A stretch of DNA of 44,270 nt from a virus. The notes beneath the pieces were generated by a model. That model was not told the DNA's origin and did not search any database. It saw only the letters and a list, made by a program, of their open reading frames with translations. This document shows positions 16,655 to 24,400 of the stretch, piece after piece. The translations under genes were made by a program, and so were the position numbers. Position 1 is the first letter of the stretch. The number at the start of each line of letters is the position of its first letter. The stretch covers positions 1-44,270 of the IMG/VR virus record IMGVR_UViG_3300011443_000011. One strand, given 5' to 3'.

Positions 16655-17191
16655 CTACCAGCGTCCCGGCCAGCGGGGACCACGCGCCCCCGCTTCGGGC
16701 CGGTCCGGATTCCCAAGAAATTCCCAGGCCGCGCCCTCGGGCGACGGCCTCGCCAGGATCCGCATCCCCTGGCGAAAGAGCCGGCCATCCTTCACCCGCA
16801 CGGTGATTGGAGTGGTGGAGTGGCCATTATTTTCAGGGCGGCAATGAATGACCCGCGAGTTCGGGAAGTTCCAGGCAGTGACCCGCAGCACCTCGGCAGG
16901 CGAAAGCGGCGGGGTCGCCAGCGCGTCGGAGACCTCCGGTCGGGATTCAACACCGTTTTGAGGCAACTGGCGCAGGGCAATGGCGCTGGCGGCTTTTTCG
17001 GTCCAGCAAACCCGGTGGCCACGAACCTGCCAATCGGCGCCACGAATAAAGGAAAGCCTGGCTGCCCGGAGATCGGTGCGGTTCAGACCCAGGGAGGCCG
17101 AGAGCTGTTCCTCGGCCACGACAAAGAGGGAATTTTGGGTAGAGTTTTCCGGCTCGGAGTCATCACCAGAAGTAGGGGGCACTTGATCCAT
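16655..17191 (-). CDS. Hypothetical early protein (178 aa)
   Basis: A long ORF in the early operon. No motif recognised. Confidence 0.5.
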   Translation of the reverse strand: MDQVPPTSGDDSEPENSTQNSLFVVAEEQLSASLGLNRTDLRAARLSFIRGADWQVRGHRVCWTEKAASAIALRQLPQNGVESRPEVSDALATPPLSPAEVLRVTAWNFPNSRVIHCRPENNGHSTTPITVRVKDGRLFRQGMRILARPSPEGAAWEFLGNPDRPEAGARGPRWPGRW

Positions 17192-17207
17192 AAGTTATTC
17201 GACCTGA

Positions 17208-17939
17208 TCAATCGTCTATCCGAAGGGGCGCGGCGGGCGCGATCCCCCCCCCCGGTAGGGTCGCCAGGGCGGCGGGCGGCGGGTGGGCCACCGTAGCAAA
17301 TCCCGTAGCAATCAGGTCAAGTGGTTTGTCATTCAACAACTTGCGCACGTCACCATTTGATTGCGTATCAATTGGCAGGATCGGCGCAAAGACCTCCCGA
17401 AGCTTCCGGTTGTATTCCTCGACCACATCGGCGGCCGGCGCGCCTATTCTTTGTTCTGTAATCTGGGTCGCCTGACCGGTCACCAGTTGCAGTTTCTCGG
17501 TGGCAATCCCCATCGCCACACCGAGCGAGCGAACGGCGCCGGCCGTCTCGAGGTTCCAATCACCATCATCAATCAGCCGGTGAAGCTCGAGCGCCGAGGA
17601 TTCGGCCACCCGGCCCAGAGCGTAGGCCAACCGTTGCTGGAGCCCTGGCACCCGGCCTGACCTTTCAAGTTGTTCCATCACCGGGCCGATCGTGTTCCGG
17701 CTGCAACCGACCCGGCGGGCGGTCTCGAGATCGGATAGCCCGGCCAGTTTGCACGCCGCGATCGCCAGCACCCGGGCGTCGTCCCTGGTGGTGATCGCCG
17801 CGGTATGCGTCAGCCTGGCGGCCGCCTTGCCTAACCCCAAGTCGATTGGAATGTCGGCCAAATCGAAAAGCAATGGCTGCGCTGCAATGGCATCGGCGGC
17901 GCTAAAAACGGCATCGGCGATGGATGATGTCTTTCGCAT
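17208..17939 (-). CDS. HTH-containing early protein (243 aa)
   Basis: LSDLETARRVGCSRNTIGPVMEQLERSG is a resolvase/terminase-small-type HTH. It contains a C10 (coding G10) run at 17244..17253 and an inverted pair of TGCTACGG octamers at 17291..17310. Confidence 0.55.
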   Translation of the reverse strand: MRKTSSIADAVFSAADAIAAQPLLFDLADIPIDLGLGKAAARLTHTAAITTRDDARVLAIAACKLAGLSDLETARRVGCSRNTIGPVMEQLERSGRVPGLQQRLAYALGRVAESSALELHRLIDDGDWNLETAGAVRSLGVAMGIATEKLQLVTGQATQITEQRIGAPAADVVEEYNRKLREVFAPILPIDTQSNGDVRKLLNDKPLDLIATGFATVAHPPPAALATLPGGGIAPAAPLRIDD

Positions 17940-17941
17940 CT

Positions 17942-18250
17942 TTAGGTGCTGATCTCGAATTTCTTGCCGACCGCTACCGGGAAAGTCGTCCGCCAGCGGT
18001 CGAGAGCCGTCTCGATATCAGTGAGTGGAATCCGGATATCGCCGCCTGGCATCTTGACGTGCTTGGGGAATTCCTCGATGTGACTCCGCACCCAACCGGA
18101 GTGGACCGACAGCATATCGGCAACATCAGCGATTGAGAAAAGCCGGACGACGCCGGAGCCGGGCGTACGGATCTGAATAACGCAGCCACCCCGGCGGGCG
18201 GTGTCAAGAGCATGGGTCAATTCCCAGGGAGTAGGAGAATCGTCTTTCAT
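17942..18250 (-). CDS. Excisionase/AlpA-like HTH protein (102 aa), first gene of the minus-strand operon
   Basis: LFSIADVADMLSVHSGWVRSHIEEFPKHVKMPGGDIRIPLTDIE fits HTH_17 (Xis/AlpA). It faces the lysogeny block across the 18251..18564 intergenic region. Confidence 0.6.
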   Translation of the reverse strand: MKDDSPTPWELTHALDTARRGGCVIQIRTPGSGVVRLFSIADVADMLSVHSGWVRSHIEEFPKHVKMPGGDIRIPLTDIETALDRWRTTFPVAVGKKFEIST

Positions 18251-18440
18251 GGAAACGTAACCAAATTGCTACGGCGAACTACTGATACGCAAACAGAAAG
18301 TTTGATATCATCAAAAATGCACGAAACCGGATTGTGCAATTCACTAGTATTAGGTAGTCAAACTGTAGCCTTCAGCAGATCGCCACATAAAATAGCCACT
18401 TGGCATAAAACCGAATTAACTACTTATTAATGAGAATTAA

Positions 18441-18470
18441 TTGGAGTATGCGCAAGCGCTTGCGTATTGT
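18441..18470 (+). promoter_or_regulatory. Sigma70-like promoter with a palindromic operator in the spacer (upstream of the RadC-like gene)
   Basis: TTGGAG (18441..18446), an 18-nt spacer containing the palindrome CGCAAGC|GCTTGCG (18451..18464), then TATTGT (18465..18470). Confidence 0.4.
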
Positions 18471-18564
18471 CTCTTGTAGTCAGAAGTAGTTACAAACAAA
18501 ACGGCCAGTTGAGACCGCGCTAACGGTTCAACCGGCCTAACCAAAAACGAAAGGTGAGTTTCGT

Positions 18565-19146
18565 ATGATGGCTAGTCTTCAAAGTGTACCGGGAGCGCTG
18601 CCCGGTCAAATGCAGTTCAATCTTGGGCCGGCCATTGAGGCCGCCTGTCAGCAGGGCCGGCGCCAGGCCAGGAAATCGGCGCCGGGCCGGTGGCGCCTGG
18701 CCTCGATGCACGACGGACCGGTGATCGATCTCAAGAAACTCGATCAGCCCGAAAGTGTCGCCGACTATTGGGCCACCCATATTGCACCCGATCCCGAGGT
18801 GTCAACCGAGGTTGAAAGCCTGTTTGCCATTTGTCTCACTGTCCGCTTTCAGCCGATCGGCCATTTCCGGGTCGCCGAGGGTCTCTTAAGTGAAATCCTG
18901 TGCCACCCGCGTGAGGTCTTCCGGGGCGCGATCGTCGCCGCGGCTCATTCGATTGTGGTTGTCCACAATCATCCATCAGGCGATCCCACGCCGAGCGATT
19001 CGGATATATCAGCCACCCGCGAGCTGATCAAATGCGGCAAGCTATTAAAGATTCAGGTATTGGATCATATCATCATTGGCCGCCCGGCGCCTGGCCGCGC
19101 CAGGCATTATACAAGCTTGCGTGAATTGGGCTATTTCTACTGCTAA
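18565..19146 (+). CDS. radC: RadC-like JAB/MPN domain protein (193 aa)
   Basis: HNHPSGDPTPSDSDISATRELIKCGKLLKIQVLDHIIIG is the RadC JAB signature. An SD-like AAAGGTGAG lies 6-14 nt upstream of ATG 18565. Confidence 0.85.
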   Translation: MMASLQSVPGALPGQMQFNLGPAIEAACQQGRRQARKSAPGRWRLASMHDGPVIDLKKLDQPESVADYWATHIAPDPEVSTEVESLFAICLTVRFQPIGHFRVAEGLLSEILCHPREVFRGAIVAAAHSIVVVHNHPSGDPTPSDSDISATRELIKCGKLLKIQVLDHIIIGRPAPGRARHYTSLRELGYFYC

Positions 19147-19151
19147 CACCC

Positions 19152-19388
19152 ATGCGCGATTTCTTCTCAAAACCCGAATCCGTGGCCGAGCAAAAAGAGC
19201 GATTGCGCCACGAGAGCGAACGGCGCCGGATCGCCGAGGCGATCGCCCGGCGCCTGGCCGCCCCGATCGGCGGCCGGCCGGTCGATACCACCGGCGATCT
19301 ATTCGACCAGGCGGCGGCCGAGGCGCCGCTATTCGCCACCCTTTCACCTGGGCAAAAACAATTGACAATGCGCAAGCGCTTGCGCTAA
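19152..19388 (+). CDS. Hypothetical protein (78 aa)
   Basis: ATG 19152 is 5 nt after the radC stop. Its 3' end contains the second operator palindrome. Confidence 0.45.
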   Translation: MRDFFSKPESVAEQKERLRHESERRRIAEAIARRLAAPIGGRPVDTTGDLFDQAAAEAPLFATLSPGQKQLTMRKRLR

Positions 19389-19390
19389 AC
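19362..19390 (+). promoter_or_regulatory. Sigma70-like promoter with the same palindromic operator (upstream of the small-ORF/integrase pair)
   Basis: TTGACA (19362..19367), a 17-nt spacer containing the perfect 16-bp palindrome GCGCAAGCGCTTGCGC (19370..19385), then CTAAAC. The 17-mer ATGCGCAAGCGCTTGCG is identical to 18448..18464. Confidence 0.4.
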
Positions 19391-19397
19391 ACCTCCG

Positions 19398-19562
19398 ATG
19401 CCTAAAAGCAAGCATAATCTCAACAAGAATCCCGCCGCGGTTCAACTGGGCCGCCTGGGCGGCGCCGCCGGCCGCGGCGCGCGCAAGGCCAGGCCGAGCG
19501 AGAGCGCCCGCCGGGCCGCCCAAATCCGATGGAACGGCAACGGCAATCAGCAAAAACCATGA
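19398..19562 (+). CDS. Small basic protein (54 aa, not in the ORF track)
   Basis: My own translation is MPKSKHNLNKNPAAVQLGRLGGAAGRGARKARPSESARRAAQIRWNGNGNQQKP*. The LGR-x-GG...R..AA..RW pattern recurs in small phage/plasmid proteins. Its TGA overlaps the integrase ATG (ATGA at 19559..19562). Confidence 0.45.
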   Translation: MPKSKHNLNKNPAAVQLGRLGGAAGRGARKARPSESARRAAQIRWNGNGNQQKP

Positions 19563-20833
19563 CGCAGACATTCAAATTCGAGGGCAGAGAGCGCCGGATA
19601 TTCAAACGCGGGGGCAACTGGTCTTTGCGCCTTTATGTGGACGGCAAAGACCGGTGGATCAGTCTCAAGACTGGCATCTTGGGCAGCGCCATCGAGGCCG
19701 CCAAGAATATCATCAAGGCGCACCGGGAGACGCGCGCCGAGGACTTTGCCGCCGCCCTGGGCCAGCGGCCGCGGGGCGAGATCACGGTCGGCAATATCGT
19801 AGCCGCCTTTAACGCGGCACCCCTGGCCATCGCCCGGGGCAGCCGGGCCGGTTATCTATGGGCGTTACGTAGCATCATTGAGACGGTGCACGGCAAGGAG
19901 CCGGCCTGGACCGATCACCCGCTCTCGATTCTCAACGGCGATCTCATCTTTAAGTATCGCAAAGGGATCATGGCCACGGCCCTGGCGGCCGGCGCCGGGG
20001 CCGCCGCTCTCGAGCGCGCCAAGCGCAGCGCCAATAGCGCCCTGCGCCAGGCCCGTTCGATATTCTCGGAGCATTTGATGGAACACTACCGGATCGAGGC
20101 CGGGCTCTCATTGCCGGCCGGCTTGAGCGGGTTCCGCTCGGCGCCAGGCTTCCGCGGGGCGGTCAAGACAGATTATCAACCGCCCGATGACGCCCTGATT
20201 CAAAAGACGCTTGGCGAACTCGAGGCCACCCGCGAGTTGCACCCCGACCGCTACCTGGCCTGCTGGTTGTCGCTCGGGTTCGGGCTGCGCAAATCCGAGG
20301 TGTCGGCGTTGAAAGGCGATAGCTTCTTCGAGATCAATGGCCGGCCGCACGTCGAATTGCGCTCCGTGACCGTGATTGGCGGCGAGTGCGATCTAACCAA
20401 AAACGGCACCCAGGCACCGCGGGTGCCGGTGGCCAACGACGCCTGGCGCCGGATCGGCCCCATGATCGAGCATATCCCGGCCGGCCACTATCTGATAGCG
20501 GGCACCATGACCTATCGCACAGAGGGGATGTTCCGCGAGATCAATGACTGGTTGCGGGCTCTCGGTTGGAAGACCCAGAAAGGCTTTCATGAGTTGCGCG
20601 CCTATGCCGGGTGCCAGGTGGCCCTGCGATCGGGCCTCCTCGAGGCCAGCAAATGGCTGCGGCACGAGAGCGTCACGACGACCCAGGCAGCCTACGGCCG
20701 CTATCTCAAGATCCAGGTTACCGACGCGCCGATGTCCCTGGCGCCACCCACGGATCAGTCCGGCGGCGGGGCGGGCCGGATCCTGGCGGCGGGCGCAGCC
20801 CTGATGATCGGGGCGGTGGCGGTATGCTCCTAG
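19559..20833 (+). CDS. int: Tyrosine integrase (424 aa)
   Basis: GLRKSEV (box I Arg), FHELRAY (H-x-x-R) and LRHESVTTTQAAYGRY (catalytic Tyr). It is adjacent to a tRNA-like attP core. Confidence 0.9.
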   Translation: MTQTFKFEGRERRIFKRGGNWSLRLYVDGKDRWISLKTGILGSAIEAAKNIIKAHRETRAEDFAAALGQRPRGEITVGNIVAAFNAAPLAIARGSRAGYLWALRSIIETVHGKEPAWTDHPLSILNGDLIFKYRKGIMATALAAGAGAAALERAKRSANSALRQARSIFSEHLMEHYRIEAGLSLPAGLSGFRSAPGFRGAVKTDYQPPDDALIQKTLGELEATRELHPDRYLACWLSLGFGLRKSEVSALKGDSFFEINGRPHVELRSVTVIGGECDLTKNGTQAPRVPVANDAWRRIGPMIEHIPAGHYLIAGTMTYRTEGMFREINDWLRALGWKTQKGFHELRAYAGCQVALRSGLLEASKWLRHESVTTTQAAYGRYLKIQVTDAPMSLAPPTDQSGGGAGRILAAGAALMIGAVAVCS

Positions 20834-20893
20834 AATCAGTTGTTCAGTGTATTGTTCAATCAGTTGTTTATAAACGCCAATTTAGCGCCATGA

Positions 20894-20916
20894 CTGCTAC
20901 GGAAACTGCTACGGTC
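20894..20916 (+). repeat. 23-bp direct repeat, left copy (candidate integrase arm site)
   Basis: CTGCTACGGAAACTGCTACGGTC is identical to 21160..21182. Each copy holds two TGCTACGG octamers. Confidence 0.8.
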
Positions 20917-21097
20917 TGCATAAAAACGAGACCATACTAAAGCGTACTGGAGTGGTACGGTTTGATAAACTTTGGTACACGGCAAAAGTGAACCAATTGA
21001 CTGATAACAAGGCACTTGGAAACGTAAATAGCTTGGCACCAGTAAGTTAAAACCACTTAACAACGTGTCAGGACGATAAACTCTTAATCAGTTGGTT

Positions 21098-21122
21098 GAC
21101 GGTTCGAGTCCGTCCCGGGGCA
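21098..21122 (+). other. tRNA 3' fragment (T arm plus 3' acceptor strand): probable attP core
   Basis: GACGG TTCGAGT CCGTC CCGGGGC A has a canonical T stem and GTTCGAGTC-type T loop, a 7-nt acceptor strand and a discriminator. No matching 5' acceptor strand (GCCCCGG) or D arm lies upstream, so it is not a complete tRNA. Confidence 0.6.
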
Positions 21123-21140
21123 CTTCTAGATCAACGAGTT

Positions 21141-21473
21141 ATGAAAGATTGGAAAAAGTCTGCTACGGAAACTGCTACGGTCGCCGCCGGTGCCGACCCT
21201 TCACCTAACACTAGCGGACAGACGACGGCCGCGGGCCTTGCTACGGTCGATGCTAACACACCTAAAAAGCGAATCGACTGGCTGGAATTATGCCTCTGGA
21301 TCGGTACTCTCTCCTGGGCCGGCGCCGTCTTATGGCTCTTCCATCGGCTCGGGCCGGAGTTCGATGATCGTCCCTGGCTCGAGATCGCGCTCGTAGGCGG
21401 AGCGCTCCTAAGCTATTTCGTGTGGACCTTTATTTGGGTCGAGAGCAACAAGCCACCCAAGCGCACCCGCTAG
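21141..21473 (+). CDS. Two-TM membrane protein (110 aa), att-adjacent moron
   Basis: ATG 21141 gives MKDWKK.... TM helices are WLELCLWIGTLSWAGAVLWLF and LEIALVGGALLSYFVWTFIWV. The ORF-track start at 21096 reads through the tRNA fragment and is discarded. Confidence 0.5.
   Translation: MKDWKKSATETATVAAGADPSPNTSGQTTAAGLATVDANTPKKRIDWLELCLWIGTLSWAGAVLWLFHRLGPEFDDRPWLEIALVGGALLSYFVWTFIWVESNKPPKRTR
21160..21182 (+). repeat. 23-bp direct repeat, right copy (candidate integrase arm site)
   Basis: Identical to 20894..20916. The two copies bracket the tRNA-like core at 21098..21122. Confidence 0.8.
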
Positions 21474-24400
21474 CGAACCTTGAGCCGTTTCCCCATTTCC
21501 GTGATCCGCTCAGCCCGGCGCGCGGCCGTCCGATACCTGGCCTGCCGGCTCTCGAGATTTGGATCCTTGTTAGCCCGATCGAGGAGATCCTTGATTTGTT
21601 CGTGGGCCGGCTGCAAGGCATGCCAGTAGGCTTTCTCTTTCGCGGTGAGCGGATGCGTCTTCGAACGGGATCGCATCCCTATGAAAGAGTAGTCGTCGAA
21701 AAAGTCGGCAATGAATTGATTATTCTGGCTGTAGCCGCCACCCCGCCGGAACAACCGGCCAACGATCGGCCAGTCGGCCGGCTCCGGCTCGCGGCCTGGC
21801 TTGTCGCTGGCCAGGTCCCGGACCGCGCCAGGCAGGGAAAGAATATCGGTCGCAAGGCCGCCACCCAGTTGTTGCGCCAGGGCGTCAACCCGCTGCGGTG
21901 AGATCGTATTGGGCGCCAGGTCACCCAGGGCCGCAGCCGGAAGCGAGGTGTAGGGCCCGCGCTGCTCGCCTGGCGGCCGGCCGACCAGATTCGCGGGCAC
22001 AATATTTCGATCAAAGAAAAAGCGCTTGTTGGCAAACTGCTCTCCCGCGGCGGTGAGAAGCGGCGGGGCACTTCCGGGCACCGTGGTCAAAAATAGATGA
22101 TTGAACGCTTGCTTGGCGAACTCGGGATCGCGCTGGTGAAGTGTATCCATGAGGGCCTCGGGGATGACCTGGAACATATTCCCCCATTCGTGCGGGCGAG
22201 GCACTTTCACGATCACCCCGTTAGGCATTTCCACGTGAGTGTTGAGATAGCGCTCGCGCCAGGGCAGGCCGCGGTACCAATCCTTGTCCTTGTTGCGGTT
22301 CCAATTGGCCATCGTCCAGGCGGTGATCATCCCGCCGGCCATTGACATCTGGAGGGCCAGCTTTGCCCGTGACCGTTCCGGGCCGACCAGGCGATCGCGC
22401 TTAAAGGTCCGCGCAGTCCCTCGAAGACCTTGAACCGCGGCGCCGAAAAAGGGCGAGTACCGTTGCAAGGCCCGATAGGTGCCACTGCCCCCGCGCGCGG
22501 TGAAATCCGTGGTCACCCGCTTGGTGGCGATCGCCAATTGCAACGCTTGTTCCGCGGTGATCGGCTCGCCCGGTTTCCAGCCGAAGTGATCCAACCCCAG
22601 CTTGAGTTCAGCCAGTCGCGGGGCGTTCTCCACCGAGCCGATCAGATCCCGCAGCGTCTCAACCGGCGACATCGCCCGGCGAAAGAGCCGGCCCCGGAAC
22701 AAGTGCCGGCTTTCGCGGCGCAAGGTCCGGATATCCCCGGCGTTGAAATTGGCCATCGGGGTGCCGAGGTCATTGAGCATCTTGAGGGTTTCGGAGCCCT
22801 TGCCCAGGCCCACCTCCTGGAACAGGCCCTTGAGATTCTCGCCCCAGGCCCCCATGTAAGCGGCCAGGATCTTGTCGGGGCGCCCGGTGAAATGCGATTG
22901 AACCAGCAGCGTTTGCAGATCACGCAACCCGTTGAAAATGGCGAACGGCACCCGCAGGCCGGTGGTGCCCAGCTTGAAGAGCCGGTTTGAGCCGGCGAAA
23001 ATCTCGCCGATCGCGTGGCTATATTTCTTGAGCTGGGCGGGCGGGGTCTCGCTCAACACCTCGGCGATCTCCGGGTTGACCTGGTACCAGTCGGTCTCGC
23101 CTCCGACCGTCTTGCGGACCATCACCGAGTCCCAGCCCTTGGGCTTGTGTGCGTCGGTGAAATAGCTGACAAAGGCATCAGCAGGAACGCCCGTCAAATC
23201 GAGCCCCATCGCCTCGAGCTGCGATTTGATCTTGTCGATCGAGACATTGTTCGGCACCTGATCTTTGGGCACCTTCTCAACCAGCGACCCCATTCCGGGC
23301 GTATTCGCGGCCTCAAAAACCGTTTCAGTGACCAGATCGCGGTGGGCCTTGTCGATCAGGCCGCTGGCCACTTTCAGCGTCGATTCGTAGATATTGCGGA
23401 TCCCGAGACCCGACCCCTCCATCTTATGCAGGCCGCCGCCGCCGCGGCCGGCCTCGCCGGCTCGGGCGAGGGCCTCGGGAATCTGGCGGGGCAATGGCAC
23501 ATATTCATGAGAATGCTGGCGGATGCGGTCAACCAGCTCGGCATTCGCGGGGCTCGCCTCCGCCACGTAATCGAGGATCCCGTCCCACCATTTGTAATAG
23601 CCTTGAGCGGCGCGGGCGAAGCGGGGATTCTCGAGCAGCGCCCGGTTGTGCTGGGCATCAGCCAGGCTCATGCCGGGGTTGACCGGCTCCGGCCGGCCCC
23701 AGCGCTCGATCGCGCGGCGCGCCCACAGATACACCGCGAATTGCTCGGCCTCGCCCGGTTTGATCGGCGCCAGGGCGTTCTTGAGCGATTCACCACCGGT
23801 GGCGCGGCCCCAGATATCGAGCATCCCGTCATTGACCATTGTCTGCAACACCTTGGGCGTTGCCCCGCGCTTGGCGGTATAGATCGCGAAGGGATCCTGG
23901 GTCACCGGCAATTTGGCGCCGGTCAACTCGCGGTGCGCCTCGCCAATCCGCTCAAGCGGGGTGGCCTCCTCAACAAACCCTTTCGTGCTCAGCGTCTCGC
24001 GGACCGATTGAAGCTTGCTCGCAAGCCAGCTTGAGGGCGGCGCCATCTGAGCCATGGCCCGCTCATAGGAGCCTTGTTCCCGCCAGAGATCCGTGGCCCG
24101 CTTGGCGGCCTGCATCGCCTCGGCAAACCCTGGCTTGCCGGCGAACACGACGTTCTCGAGCCATTGCGTGGCGTGGGGCGCCACGGTCCGGGCATCATCC
24201 AGGGTCAGCCAGTGCCGCAGTAATTCGGAAAAACCCTCGGAGGTGTAGCCGGCGTTCGGCTTCCGGCTGCCGTAAAGGGCCCGGCCCATCGCCACCAACT
24301 CGGCGCGCACATTCGGCGGGGTCGAGGTATGAAGGGGGGTGCCGGCCTTGCGGAACATCCGGTGATCGATCGCATGGGCAATCTCGTGGGCGGCCGTGGT

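Noticed and set aside
21040-21125. Complete tRNA gene downstream of int
   Set aside because: Only the T arm and 3' acceptor strand are present. There is no complementary 5' acceptor strand (GCCCCGG), no D arm, and the candidate anticodon stem (AACT/AGTT with loop CTTAATC) leaves a 3-nt variable region. I interpret it as an attP core fragment.
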